NCBI GenBank assembly: GCA_001724265.1
Contig: MEDY01000191.1
Span: 1 to 64,000 of the forward strand
DNA from: Rhizaria sp. SCN 62-66
Taxonomy: Eukaryota
DNA: 64,000 nucleotides
Direction: 5' to 3'
The notes beneath the pieces are model-generated. The model was not told where the DNA came from. It made no database searches and saw nothing but the letters and a program-made list of their open reading frames with translations. Of this stretch, positions 36,548-49,880 are shown one piece after another (position 1 is the stretch's first letter; the number at the start of each line of letters is the position of its first letter). Position numbers and translations under genes: made by a program.

Positions 36548-36918
36548 TGTGGGGTCTAGTTACAAGGCAGAAAGACCAATTGAAGATGTTAGCATTTAAA
36601 ATCAGACACAACATGCATGCACAAATCAATAGCAACCTTTTAATCACCACTTGACGAACAAACATGACGACTACAGAGGTTGATGTTTGAATGGCAGTAC
36701 TCCCTCATCGCGAGTGCAGACAACAAAATAGCCGTTGGAAATAACTGCAAGGTTGCAATTTTGTTTCTTGATATAACTCTATGTAGAGTCCGTCTGTATG
36801 AAATTCCTTTTATTCTCCAACTGTACTTGACTTAAACTAACTCGTTCTTATTTTATACTTTTCTATTCAGCTTTTTTCCTTCACACAGCACCAACCTAGT
36901 TTAGAGCGAGCAAACCCA

Positions 36919-39918
36919 ATGGATCAGGAGTGGGACGGCTTCGGCCGTGTCCCGCTTCCGCACGATGGTATGCCGCGTGCTGGCTGGGAGTATGATACTT
37001 TTCTTGCACAGTCTGTACCGCGTTTGTGCGTGTTGTATGAAGACTCCCTGTCGCCGCCACCTTCACCGCGCCTCGAGAAAGCGCCTGTCCTCGGCTTCGC
37101 CCACTTCGGGCTGCCAGACCTTGCACTCACTCTCACCGTCACCAACGAGCCCGCCGCAAGCTCGCCCGCGCAGGGCACGACTGGAACAAGCGCAAGGCGT
37201 GCGTCCCCTGCATCTGCGGCGCGTGTCTCTGCGATCCGCGCGCGCTTCACGCACTGCGCCGAGCTAGAGTTCTCGGACTCAGACTCGGACTCGAACAACC
37301 ACGACAACATCAACGGCGTTCTTGGCGGCATTTCCGGGCTCGATCGCGGAGAAGACACAACGCTGCCAAGTTCAGACGCATCCGCAGCTTCTGACGCATC
37401 CTTGTCTCCCCGCACCCATAGCCACGCTCGCAGCGCCCGCGTCTCGAGCGCCGGCGGCACCTCGCTGGCTGCGGCGCGCTCTGCGGCCGGCGCGGCCGCG
37501 CTGTCAGCGCAGGTGCTGTCGGCGCTGAACGCGGGCGCGGCCGCGCGCGCGCGCTGCGAGGGCCGCGTGCGCGCACTGCAGCGCAAGCTCGTCGCCACGC
37601 GCGCCGTGGCCCGCAGCGCCATGGACCGCGCCTGGGAGCGGCTCGCGGCCGCTCAGGCCGAGGCTCGGACAGCCAAACAGGACAAGTATGTCAGGAAGCG
37701 CAATCACAAGAATTTGTCATTTGATGCTATGTTGTTTTTGATGTGTTTGTGGTTTTGTTCTGACAAGATGTTTGGAAAGTTCTCGATGACGGACCTCCGA
37801 TTATACTTCCTAAACCCACTCATTCATCCCTCATTTTATGTCACTATTTTCAATGTACGAAAAAAATGTATATGTTTTCTTTTTTGTGTTGTTGTAGCGT
37901 TTTGCTGCGCGAGCGCGTGAGCGCGCTTTCGCAGCAGACAACTGCGCAGCAACAGGAACTTGCCACGCTCGCCAACGCTGCGGCCGAGGCACGCGGCGAG
38001 GCCGTGGCGGCTGCGGACGGGATTGTTGCCGCCGCTGCCGCGCGCGCGCATGCGGAGGCCGCTGCCGCACTGTATCAGAAGGCACTTGGCGAGGAGAGCG
38101 CTCTTGTTCAAGAGCTTAGGGGTACGGCGAAACACGTCTCTAAATCGCAAGAAACGGATGATCCGAATCTCATTCATTGCACGTACAATTGAGTAATTCG
38201 TTTATTATTGACTTATTTTTTTCCCTCGCCCTTTTTTTCTGCCTTCTCCAACACCATCCATCTTAGCACGCCTGTCGGCGGCCCGCAGCGATGCGAGCGA
38301 GGCGGCCTCGGGTCACCAGCTGCAGCGCACGGGCCTAGAGGCGGACCTGGCGCAATCGCGCGAGGCACTCACAGCACAGGTTGCGCAGCTGCGCGCTGCT
38401 GCGGCCACGCACGAGACAGCGCTCGCTGCTGCGCGTGCAGAGGGTCTGGAAGAGGGCCGCGCGCGCGGACGCGACGAAGGCGAACGCGGTGGCCGCGCGG
38501 CGGGCGCCGCGGCGGCTTTCGAGCAGGGCCGGCTAGTCGGCGCCGCTGAGGGCGAGACACGTGGGCTTGCAGCTGCGGAAGCGCTTGCTGCTAAGCGCGT
38601 TGCCGCGGCTGTTGCTGCAGCGGCGGCGGCAGCTGCAGCCGAGACTGATGGCGAGCGCGAGCGCCTGACGCGCGAGTTGGCGCTTGCGCGGGCTCGGGTG
38701 ACTGAGCTAGAGGCTGCCACTGCTGGCGCTGAGACACGAGCTGCCGAAGTGCGCGCGGCGCTTGAGCGGCGCGAGGCTGAAGAACGCGTGCGGCGCATCA
38801 GCGAGCAGCGGCGCGAGCAGGAGCAGTTGCTGCAGGCACAACAGGAGCAGCTGCAGCGGCAGGGTGCGTTGCTTGAGCAGGCCGGCAAGGACGCTGCAGC
38901 CGCAGCGGCGGGTGCCAAAGCTGCGGCGGAGGCTGCTGCTGCTGAACTTGCGGCGACCGCCGAGCGCAACCGACTTCAGCAACAAGCTGCTGCTGATGCC
39001 GCCAACTACGATGATGTTGATGAGGATGACGAGGATGAGGGAGCGCGGTGCCGGCCGGGCACGTACCCCAACACGGTCCCACCAATGGTACCAGGCATGT
39101 ACGCGCCGTTGCCATTAACACCAGTGCCTTTTGCAGGTGCGGCATTGGCCAACAATGCTGCGCTGCCTCCTCTGAGCAGGCCACTAAGCGCTGTCAACAC
39201 TGGCCATGGCAACGGCAACGGCAGTCGGGGCGGAACACCACGCAAGGCTGTTGTGATGCCAGCTGCTTCGGTAGTGGCAAACGCAGACCCCGGCTTGGCT
39301 GGTGTGGACTCACTGCTGCGCGCTGCGCGTGTGCGTTGCAAGGAAATCTTGCGCGACACTCAGCGACTCGAAGCGACGGGAGTAGCGGGACAGAGAGAGC
39401 GCGAGCGGGCCAGCTCGCAGTCACGCGCGACAATGATCAGCGTGTCCCGCGCTGCCGCGGAAAGCGATACTGCCGTGCAGTTCCCACGTCTTGAGGCATG
39501 GGCACGTGCGCTCCAGAGTGGGAGCACGAGTGCGGAGCAGTCGGCCCTGTTCATCCCAGGTCGCGCCTCACCGCGCGACTATGACCGCTATCGCTCGACT
39601 AGTGTCGGTGAGGCAGCTGATGACTCGGCTGTGGACAACGTCGACGCCCCGGAGCCTGAAAGCGCGCGTGGACGCAGTCGGGATCCGCTGTCAAGAGGTT
39701 CCTCTCGCGCATCGAGTCGCGGTGGAGATGACTTGAACGACAGCACGTACCGCATTTATGGCGGCAACGGCACGTTTAACCCACTCTCACCAAATGACTC
39801 AAATCACGCCTGGCCACACGAAGGCGCCCGGAGGCGCGGAGACATCAAAATGGAGACAGCGATCAGGGCACGTCCAGGCATTTTCGACAACGGACTGGCC
39901 GTCCACATGAACCACTGA
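36919..39918 (+). CDS. Orphan coiled-coil protein; exons ~36919-37685, 37898-38121, 38267-39918
   Basis: Two AT-rich GT..AG introns join three coding-like blocks in one frame. Long Ala/Glu/Arg/Gln helical stretches and a GxxxG run (EGLEEGRARGRDEGERGG). Ends TGA. The true start may lie further upstream. Confidence 0.75.
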
Positions 39919-40757
39919 ACAGTGTCCGCTCACTTGATTTTTTACACTAGAATACAACATCATCAACTCGTACACATCATCTACTCAATCTTTTTGACGC
40001 AACCCAAAGTATCTTGCAAAGCTTCCTTGACAATAAACATTTTCACCCACAATACACAAATCTATTCGCAGTTTTCTTGATGTGCAACAAAATGTCTTTT
40101 GACAAACTACCTAAACTGAAGAGACACAACAAGATAATTGTGAAATAATTAAGCAATAATAGTATATTATTTTTTTATAGTTTTTATTTTGATTATCTTT
40201 GTTTTTTAAAAATATTTACATAAGTTCAAAGTTTTAGATAATTAAAATAATATATACACAGATACTCTTTTTATTATATGATTTTATTATTATGTTTTTA
40301 TTAGTTAGATATGTTTATGTCGCCTTTGTCAAAATCAACATCTGTTACCTCACCAACAAACTACAATTAAAACAATAATAAAAATTATTGTACAAATGAA
40401 AAAATCTATTAATGCCTTAATATTTTTAAACATTTAATATGACAATAAATACACTTAGGGAAGTTAAAAAATGCTTTATAATTCAGAAAAAATATACGTT
40501 GCGCGTTATAATATTTTAAAAGCTTTTTTCATCAATTAAAAAAATGTACAGTTTGATCACGGCGTTTTTTCTCAAGGCGGACTCCCATGATCTGAGTCGT
40601 TTAGGTTGATTTCACGGATATGCGCATGCGCAAGGTCGGAAAATAACGAAACTCACAGGGCTGGTTTATTGTCAATGTGACGATATCAGAAGTGTTTCTA
40701 CAAAATATTTGTTCTCTACGAAATGGAGTTAGTTTGTTTTTAACGTGGTCTACGAGT

Positions 40758-40800
40758 TGATCCAGCTGGGTGATCATCCAGCTGGGTGATCTAGCTGGGT
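40758..40800. repeat. Short imperfect direct repeat (ATCCAGCTGGGTG-like, x3)
   Basis: tgatccagctggg tgatcatccagctggg tgatctagctgggt is visible just downstream of the ATP12 stop. Confidence 0.7.
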
Positions 40801-40868
40801 ATTGGATTGGTACACGTACATGTATTGAGTATTACTGAGTATTATAGATAAATAAAAGAGCCTTGAGT

Positions 40869-41957
40869 TTAGAGCTTAAACTGGCGGAGGTTCATGACAG
40901 TGCGGATCGCGGCGAGGCGCAGACGTGTGTGCTCCTCGGGGATGTAGGTGCCGTAGACACCCTCAACGCGGCCACTGAGGTTGAGTTGAAACGTCTCCTC
41001 GAGGCGCATCGCACGGAAGGCGCGGTCTACATCAATCTCGCGCTGCAAGAAGGCGAGCGCAATCACTGCCGACTTACCAATGCTCGTGAGCTCGTCCATG
41101 GCCAGCAGCTCCCAGGGATCCATGGCATCAACGATGGCGGCGAACTTGGCCACCGACGCCGCGGGCTGTTGCATCGCGTTCATGCTGTAGGTCGTGGGCA
41201 GTGCGATGCCGTGATGCTCTTCAAGCCACTCCAGCACGGGGTCCCAGTGCTTCTCCTGCAGCCGCACCAGTCCCGGCGAGTCCTCGTTGTCGTCGCGGTA
41301 CAGCGTGGCGTCGAACTTGAGGATGCCCATCACGGACTCGATCATCGCATCGCGGTCGCGCGCCGCGCGGTCGTGCACGGCAACGGCGTAGTAAGTCAGC
41401 GGCATCGTGTGCGGGTAGACAAACGTCGTCTGGTTCTCGAACTCGAGCGCCACCAACAGCGCGTAGTGTTTGTTTGGCAGGATCAGCGGCCGGTCGTCAG
41501 GCGTCATGACGACGTGGCCGCCGAGCCGCAGCGCGTAGGTGCCCGCGCCTTCGGGCGTGATCGAAACTTCGTCGTAGAATCGGCGTGTGGAGCCGTCCAT
41601 TTTGACGTTGCGCAGGTGCGCGGGCGCGTCGCGCTCCATGAGGTCCGTCAGCCCTTCGTCACCGTCAGCCATGCCGCCGCTGCCGCCGCTACCTGAGGGC
41701 AAGCCGAATTCGCGCTCAAGCTCAGCGCGTGCGTACTCCTCTTCGGGGATGCGCGGCACGGCAGGGGCCGCGGCAGCGCTGAAGCAGACCCTGGACTGAG
41801 AGAGCACGGACGCGGGAGCGACGGCACTGCTGCGTGACTTAGTGGCGATAGCTGAGCGCGCAGCTGCAGGGGCGACTGAAGGCAGGTATCCAAAGCCGGA
41901 ACGGGCAATAAGAGAGGTGGCGCGCACGGTGGCAGCGCGGGCTCCGCGGGAGAGCAT
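40869..41957 (-). CDS. ATP12: Mitochondrial F1-ATPase assembly factor 2 (ATP12/ATPAF2)
   Basis: Arg/Ser-rich presequence, RRFYDEVSI, TPDDRPLILP, PHTMPLT, DATLYR, LQEKHWDPVLEW, KSAVIALA, RLEETFQ, GRVEG. Ends TAA. Confidence 0.92.
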   Translation of the reverse strand: MLSRGARAATVRATSLIARSGFGYLPSVAPAAARSAIATKSRSSAVAPASVLSQSRVCFSAAAAPAVPRIPEEEYARAELEREFGLPSGSGGSGGMADGDEGLTDLMERDAPAHLRNVKMDGSTRRFYDEVSITPEGAGTYALRLGGHVVMTPDDRPLILPNKHYALLVALEFENQTTFVYPHTMPLTYYAVAVHDRAARDRDAMIESVMGILKFDATLYRDDNEDSPGLVRLQEKHWDPVLEWLEEHHGIALPTTYSMNAMQQPAASVAKFAAIVDAMDPWELLAMDELTSIGKSAVIALAFLQREIDVDRAFRAMRLEETFQLNLSGRVEGVYGTYIPEEHTRLRLAAIRTVMNLRQFKL

Positions 41958-42507
41958 GTTATGTGATGAGCGACGAGACGGGGGCGCGCGGCTGGAAGGG
42001 GTGGAAACAAAGGCTTCTCGAAGGCGAGTGACGAAGGGCTTTGTGCAAGGACGGGGATTGCGTAGACATTGTGACAGTTGTGAGAAAATAACAAATTGAA
42101 TAAGAAATTATACAAAGTTTAGTACTGCATTACGAAGATAATATCTTCATTGTTCGGTCTCACCCCACTTTTCTAGCAGTATTTTAGGAGACCCAGAGTC
42201 CGCAGACTGGTCCATTCCTGCTCGTCCTGTCGCATCTTGTCGAGGGAGAGCGGTTCTGAAGGAGGATTGAGAGCTGTCTTAGCGGGGGTTTTGCGTACTA
42301 TATGCTTGTGAGAGTTTGCTGATATGAATGCATATGGATATGCTATGGGTAGATTTACTTGACACTATTTTGGTTGCTTTCGTTGTGGCGGTTTTATCCA
42401 GCGAAACCGACCGTTTTCTCGCGTGCGCTTTTCTCCTCCCTCACACCTCGTCTCGACCACTCTTTCCTTTTCTTTTGATGCCCATTTTGCGTTGATACAG
42501 GAGGTTC

Positions 42508-43844
42508 ATGGGTGGCACCGGCGTTGAAACGTTGCCCCCGATCCGTCCGCGGCGGCCTCGCCCTAAGAAGCGCGGCTTCTGCTCATTTTTCGGCAGTGGT
42601 GGTTCCGATTCCGATGGAGATGGAGACGTACGTAATCCATTCCCTTCTTTTACCTATATCTTACTTATTCGCTTATTCATCCGCGCTGCCAAGTCTTTCC
42701 TACGATTTTATTTGTCGCTTCAATTATTTTCTACCGAGCGCACAAGATAACCCTGACATTACTTTCCCCCTGCGTCCTCTTTCTTCCCCTCAACTTCACT
42801 GTCTTCGCCTTGCCTCGCCCCCCGCAGCTTGACTATGAGGACTCGGACGTCGAGTCGGATTGGGAGGAGCCCTCAGACGAGGAGCCCGAGATGAAGGAGG
42901 CGTCGCCCCTGCCGTACGTCAAGGCCGCCCCCGTGCCTGACCTGCCCGAGGACGACGAGTATCAGGACGACGACGAATACGAGTGCGCGCGCTGCATCCT
43001 CGTCGGCCGCGAGCCCGTGGGCTCGAACGACGGCGGCGCGTGCTGCCGCCAGTGCTTTGCCGAGGCCACGCCAGACTTTTTCGCCACGACTTACCACGCC
43101 AACAACGAGCACCACGCGTGCGGCCCCGACTTCCCCGAGTCCGAGGCCGCGCTGTACGAGCGCGCGGGCCACGGCGACATGGTCCCGCGCCTCCGCGCCG
43201 AGTGGCGCCACGCGCACGCCGAGTGGCACGCCGCCAACGGCACCGCACCCGGCACGCCCGCTGGCGCGCTGCCGTGTCCCAGCGGCGACCACTCGCTCTG
43301 CGAGCCCGAGCACGGGCTGGGCTGCACGGCGGCCGAGGCTGAGGCGCTGAGCCAGGTCTTGGCCCACAACGCAGACGTGCACGACTGCTGCCCGGAAGAC
43401 TACCCCGTGCTCATGATGCGCCGCCCCGACCACGTCGCCTTCACCAACTCCGAGGTCGCCTTCGCGCTCGCGCTCTGGCGCCACTCGCACCTGCGCCACG
43501 AGTTCTGCGGACCCTACGTCGCCAACGGCTACCCCGAGTTTGACTGCTCGCTCGCCACGGCGGCCGAGCACGCGGCCGAGTGGGAGCAGGTTGTCGCAGA
43601 CCGTGCCGCGGGCCGCCCCGCGCTCGACAACATGCTCACGCTCTCGGTGCCCTCGATTCGCGAGGCCGCCGCAGAGCGTGCGCGCGCCGCGGCCGACTGG
43701 CGCCCCGAGGACTTCCGCAATAACAACGACGCGCTGAACGACGACGACGTCACGGGCGGGCTCTTAGCCGCGTCCAAGACGGGCGCGTTTGCAAACGACG
43801 AGGAGAGCAAGGCCTCCGAGAGCGCTGCGGCTGCCACAGTCTAA
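42508..43844 (+). CDS. Orphan acidic His/Cys-rich protein; exons 42508-42627 and 42828-43844
   Basis: GTACGT..CAG intron keeps frame. Coding-like codon usage. CxxC...CxxC followed by repeated H-x4-H-x2-C motifs. Ends TAA. Confidence 0.78.
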
Positions 43845-45019
43845 TCGTGTGCAGTCGGCATTGTGATATGTCAATGGACGCATCAACGTGTCCGTGGAAC
43901 GACTCGCTAATGTTGAGTGTAATGTTGACGGAGATCTTTGGTCGTGACCGTTTTTTTGGTAGGCTTACGATTGTGAGAGTTTTTTTTTGCGATGCTGTGT
44001 ACATGTAGTGCTGTTTGATTGATGAACAACAACCATCATTTGATTGCACAGTGCGTGCAGATATGATCACGAACAACAGTTACCCAACTCCTTCACCTCC
44101 ACTGACACCTTGATCCTTACCATCGACACTGACGCCGATATTGTCGACGCTGACGCACACGGAGACACACTGTGGCATTTTTTTAGTGCTTAAAAATGAT
44201 TTGAATGATTTTGACTTTAGTTTACACTGTCCGTGCCTCCAACAGACTGATACTGATTCAATTTGGACAGAGCAGAACATCACAACACAGTGCTGCACTT
44301 TCTTGACTCAGTATGTTCGTTCCTTCGGAGATCATTGTATTCTGTTGTGTACAAGGTGCAATTGTTCTTCGTAACACAGTCTTTCCCAATTACTTCGACT
44401 GTACATGTGTATTAGTACGTAGGCTTATTACATGCACTGTTTCTGCTGCTTGCAAGCGTGAGAACTGCTTCGCGGGCGGCACAAAATGAGAAATTTAACA
44501 AACAACGAATAACCAAGAAGAACGAATGACAACAAAAACAAAACACACAAAAACAAAACACAAAAAAACAAAAAACGAACGAAAAAAAAACAATAAATAC
44601 AGAACCATGTTAACTCTATTTTATTGCAGTTCAATTATACACAATGTTTCAGGCATCTTTTGCTGTAGAACTCGTAGACACAAAGTGTCAATAAGCAGTC
44701 CGAACGCGAGTGAGCACTGCTGCAAATGTGCTACAAAAACAGCGGCACTAGTGGGTTTGAACCACGCTCATGCGTCGCGCCCACAAGAATGTTGCGATCA
44801 TGTGGAGTTGCTCTCCTATTAGTGTCACAGGGTGATTAAATATTGCAAGTATGTGAACGTATGTCGGTGTATTAAGGGTGGTTGCTGCTGTGTTTGTTAA
44901 TAGAATAAGTAAACATACAAACTGACAACAGACTTTAATAAAGATCAATGGTGTAGCGATAACAAAGTATAAGTATGATTCTCTCACGCGACTGTATCAG
45001 CGCCGCGCCGCGCGGGTAG

Positions 45020-48000
45020 TTAGTTGAGGTACACGGCGTGGACGTCCGAAGCGCCGAAGGCCCGCGCGCAGGCGGGGCACTTGCGGCGGCGCGCCTCGAG
45101 ATTGTCGTCGATGCACTTCTTGCAGAAAGTGTGGAAGCACTTTGTGATGACCACGGAGCGGTCGCGCTGCGAACACACGGTGCACCGCACCTTGGCCTTG
45201 GTGAAGCGCAGCTCCTCCAGCAGCAGGTCCCGCTCCGCGCGCGCGCTGTCCTTGCCTACGACCGCGCTAGAGCCAGGGCCGGCGCGCTGCTGCTGCTGCA
45301 GCTGCTGCTGCTGGTCGGCGAGGCGGCGCTTGGCGCGCTCGTACTTGCTGGCGGCCACGGCCGCGGCCTCCCGGTCCCGCGCGGCGGCGACCGCGGCCTC
45401 GGCCAGCGCTGCGGCGTCGAGGCGCGCCTGCGCTGACAGCGCCAGCACCGCCGCGGCCGAGCGTGCGGCCTCGGCGCGCAGCGCGCGCGCCCACGCCGCC
45501 ACAGCGGGCGCACTCGCACCGCCGCTGCTGTCGGCCGAGTCCGCAGTCGCAGTGTCACCGGCAGCGGCAGCAACAGCCGCACAGGTGGCGTGACCATGCG
45601 CGCAGAGCCGCGCGGCCTTGCATTGCGCAGCCCATGTGCCGCAGCTGCTCGCAATACTGCTCACGCCGCCGCTGCTGCTGGCGGTGTTGAGGACTGCGGC
45701 GGCGGCGCGCTGCCAGGCGCCGGCAGTGCCCGCGCCCGCGGCGAGCGCGGCCTCGAGCGCAGCCACGCGCGCCGCGGCGGCTGCGAGGCGGCGCTGGGCG
45801 AGCGCGCCCGCGGCGGCCGCGGCCTCCGCGGGCCCGTCCGGCGCGGATAGCTGTACTAGCGCCCCCGGAGGGCTGCTTGACACGGCGGCAGAGGAGGAGG
45901 AAGAGGAAGACACGGAGGCGGTGGGACTGGCCAGCCCCGACGCCAGCGGCAGCGCCGGCAGGGCAGGGCCCATCACCGGGCCGCCGACAGCGCCAGACGC
46001 GGCGCCCGCGCCGCCCGCGACGGGGCCGGCAGTGGCGGCGGCGGCGTAGGCCTGCTGGTTGAGACGGCGGAAGACGCCGTCGAGGTCGCGGAGCTGGCGC
46101 TGCAGCCGCAGGGCCTCGGCCTGGTGGCCCGCCACTGCGGCGGCCGTCTCCTCCAGCTCGGCGCCCAGCGCGTCGGCCACCTGCCCTGCCGTCTCGGCCT
46201 CGGACCGCCAGTCAGTCCCCTCAGAAGCGCCAGCGGCCGCCGCCGTCGCGGTGGCAGCAGCGGCAACGGCGGCGGCGGCCGCGGCCTCGGCAGCGGCCAC
46301 CACGCCCTCCGGCGCAGGCCCCTCCGCGGCGTCACCAGCACTCGAGACGGTGCTGGTGACTGCGCCCGCGGCGCTGGTGAGTGCGCCGTCGGCCACGGCG
46401 CGCGCGAGCAGCCGGCAGCGGCGCGCGAGCAGCGCCACCTTGGCCTTCTCGTGCCGCACCGCCGCGGTCTCGCTGCCCTCACGACCGTCGCTGTGAGCGG
46501 AGCTGTCTGTGCTGTTGGAGCTGGCGTCGGCGGCGCCGGCGTTGAGCGCGGCGACGGTGGCCCTAATGGCGTCCCCATCGGCGGCGCGGGCCGAGAGCTC
46601 GGCGATGCGCGCGCGGTACTGCGCGGCGCCCAGCTCGGAGCCCTGCGCCCGCAGAGCGCGCAGCTCTACCACGGCCGCCGCGCGCGCGGCCTCGGCGGCG
46701 GCCTGCGCGGCGCGCGCCGCCGCGGCCTCCTCGGCGGCGGCGGCAGCGCCCGCGGTGGCGCCCGCGCGGACGGCGGCGGCGACGTCGGCGACGAGCGCGC
46801 GTGAGAGCGCCTCGTGGGCCGACAACGAGCCCGCCAGCGCGGCCGCCAGCGCCGCGGCGCGCGCGCGGTGGGCGGCGACCGAGAGCGCGAGCGCGGGGAC
46901 CAGCGCGGCCAGGTGCGACAGCAGCGGCGCCAGGAGCGCCTGCACCAGCGCCACCGGCACCGTCAGCGTCAGCGCCGCGGGGGACGCGTCAGCGCCGGCG
47001 GAGGACGCAGAGGCGGCAGGCGCGGCGTCGCCGTCGGCGCTGACTGCGTCTGCGTCTGCGTCTGCGTCAGCGTTGCCGTCGCCACTACTGAGCGCGGCTG
47101 GGGCCGCAACGGCCGAGGCCGCCGCGGCCGCGGCGAGCCCCGCGGCGAGGCGGCGCACGAGCGCATTGATGACCACGGGCAGCGACACGCAGTCGTCGCC
47201 GTCCGTCTCCAGCACGCTGCCGTCAAGCGCGCTGCCGTCCCCGGCCGTGGCACCGGCGGCGGAGGCGGCAAGCGCGGTGGCGGCGGCGACAGCGTGGGCC
47301 GCGGCGGGCGCGGGCACGCGCAGCAGACCGGCGATGGAGCTCGTGCTCTTAGCGCTAACACCGTCGGTGTCGACAGCAATGGCGCTGCTCTCACCGCCGC
47401 CGGCAACAGCGCCGTCGCCGCCGTTGACGGAGTCAGCTGCGGCGAGCGCGCGCGCGAGCGCGGCGGGCAGCGCGGCGGCGGCGGCCAGCAGCGCGCGCAC
47501 GTCGGCCGCAACCGCGGAGCTCAGTTGCGCGGGCAGGCCGCCCTCGGGCAGCAGCGGCAGCGTGACGGCGCCAACTGAGGCCAAGGCCGCAGGGGCAGGG
47601 GCAGCAGAGTCGTCGTCAGTCATGTTTGCGCCAGCGCCGGAGACGGCGCCAGAGACGGCGCCGCCGAGCATAATGGGCACCGACACAGACTCGGCTTCAG
47701 ACCCGTTCGCCGCAGCGCCCGCAGTGGCGCTGGCGAGCGCCTCGAGCGCGTCGGTGAGCGCGGCGCGCAGGACGGCCTCGCGGGCGCGCGCGGCCTCCAG
47801 CTCGGCGCCGCGCGCAGCGGCCGAGGCGCGGGCCTCCGCCGCGGCCTCGGACAACGCCACCAGCTCGGCGCTGCCGGCGCCAGACTGCGCGGTGGTGTTG
47901 CTGTTGGCGGGGGTGGCGAGGGAGGGGCTGGCGTTGAGGGCCGGCGCAGCCAGAGTCGCAGCGGCCGCGGCGTCGTCAGCGACACCGGCGCAGGCAGCGG

Positions 48001-49517
48001 CAGCGGCAGTGGCGGCGGCTGCGGTGGGCTCGGCGGGGACGTGGGCCTCGGCGGCGGCGGCGGCGGCGTCAGAGCCAGAGCCGGGGGCAGAGGCTGCGGC
48101 GGCCGCGGGCACGGGCGCCAGCGCAGCGCCAGCAGCAGCGGCAGCGCTCGAGGTGTCACTCATCGCGGAGGCCGCAGCGGCGGCGGCGGGCACGAGTGGG
48201 GCCAGGGCCGCGTCAGCGGCCGCGGTGGCGGCAGCACTCCCGTCCGCCGCGGCGTCCGCGCCCGCGGCGACGGCCTGCGCGGCGGCGGCGGCGACGGCGG
48301 CGGCGACGGCGGCGGCGGCGTCGGCCGTGGCGTCGTTGCCGCCGCGGCCACCGGTGCCGCTGGGGTCGTCCCCGCCCTCGTCTTCGGCAGCGGCGGCGGC
48401 GGCGACCGCGGCGGAGGGCAGCGCAAGCGCGGTGACGGGCGCGGCGGCGGGCGCGGGGGCAGGGACGAGCACGGTGGCGGCCGTGAGCACGCGGTCGAGC
48501 GCGCGGGCGGCGTAGAGCGCCTCGGTGGCGGCCGCGGTGCGCGCGCACAGGGCCGACGCCGCAGCGTTGCGGGTGGCCGTCAGGCGCGCGCGCAGGGACA
48601 CCACGCGCTGCTCGCTCTGCGCCAGCTCGGATTGCGCCGAGATCGCGGCGGCGTCGGTGGCGGCAGCGGCGGCGGGGGCGGGGGCAACGTTGCTGTCAAT
48701 AGCGGCGACGAGGCTGGCCAGGGTCTATGGAGGTGGGAATAGCGCAAGACAGAAAATAAAGTCGGAATATAGATGAGACAAAAGTTGAAGCATACCATGT
48801 GTGAGTTCTACGATCACAGACGATTGTAGCACGGCGCTGGAGACGTACCTGTGTGAAGGCGGCGCGCTGGCGCTTGAGCTCGCGGTCGAGGCGGCGGGCG
48901 GCGCGCGCGGCGGCGGCCTCTGCGCGGGCCAGCTCGCGGCGCGCGTCCTCGGCGGCCGAGCCCTTGCTCTCCTTGTCCTTATCCTTCTCGCGCTCGCGGC
49001 CGCTGTTGGCGCTGGCGATCGGGTCGTCCTCGTCCTCGCCGTCGTCGTAGTCGTCGCTCTCTTCAGCTGCAGCCGTAGCTGCTGCCGTGGCGGTGGAAGA
49101 GTCGTCCAATATCGGCGCGGCCACAGAGGGCGGCGAGTGGCGCCGCAGCAACGCGAGGAAGGAGGCGGCCGCGGGCAGACGTGCGCCGGCCGCGGCGGCG
49201 GCGGCTGAGGCGGCTGTTTCAGCCACAGTATCCTTAGAGGCGCCGTCCGCAGCGGGGGCCGCGGGGGCCGCGGGGGCAGCCGCGGCGGCGTTGGCGTCGG
49301 CGGGCGCGAGCTGGGCGCGGAGACGCGCGAGGTGGTCGCCGAGCTCGGTCCAGTGGGCCGCAGTGAGCTCGAGCGCGAGCGTCTGCGAAGAGCGCTGGCG
49401 CTCAAGAGTCTGGACCTGCGCTTCGAGGCGCGAAATGTCCCTGTTCTTTTCGAGAAGCCGCAAGTACAGAGCGCGGTTGCGCCGCTTGAGTACTTTAACA
49501 CTGAGCTCAGTTGCCAT
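45020..49517 (-). CDS. BRE1: BRE1-like E3 ubiquitin ligase (H2B monoubiquitination); exons 49517-48849 and 48724-45020
   Basis: N-terminal LSVKVLKRRNRALYLRL coiled coil. C-terminal RING CTVCSQRDRSVVITKCFHTFCKKCIDDNLEARRRKCPACARAFGASDVHAVYL matches the BRE1/RNF20 pattern. Ends TAA. Confidence 0.9.
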
Positions 49518-49880
49518 TTTGCAAATGAACCAGGCGGGCAGCTTTTTCTCGCACAATTCAAAATTAACACCACTGTCCTAATATGACTCACAGCCAATTG
49601 CATGCCTGCCGCACATTTTCGCGAACCGGCACAGGACTACCGTCAGCTGCCAGACGGTCGCGAAAGAGGGCTACGCAAAGTGCCTCGAGTCGGTACATTT
49701 CGAACGTAGTTTGTTTATTTATCATTTTCATATGGATTATGTATTAAATTTGTTTCTAAATCCTTTTTAAAACTCGCCCAATCATCTTCTTCGTCCTCAA
49801 GCGCCTGTCTCACCTAACCCTTCTTCCTCTCTCATTCCCGTCTGCACTCGCCCCGACCTTTGTACAGACGCTGCGAGGTT

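Noticed and set aside
44080-44200. Short coding-looking stretch (TDTLILTIDTDADIVDADAHG) downstream of the His/Cys-rich gene
   Set aside because: Too short, with no convincing start or splice sites; probably UTR low-complexity sequence.
44515-44600. A/C-rich run (ACAAAA-like repeats) as telomeric or mobile-element sequence
   Set aside because: Irregular. It corresponds to a U/G-rich tract on the minus strand downstream of BRE1, similar to other 3' regions here.
46509-48515. Long antisense and alternate-frame ORFs (also 7488-9032, 18569-20257, 34962-36338 and many others)
   Set aside because: Shadow ORFs expected from very high GC and repetitive Ala codons. They have no recognisable motifs and overlap better-supported genes.
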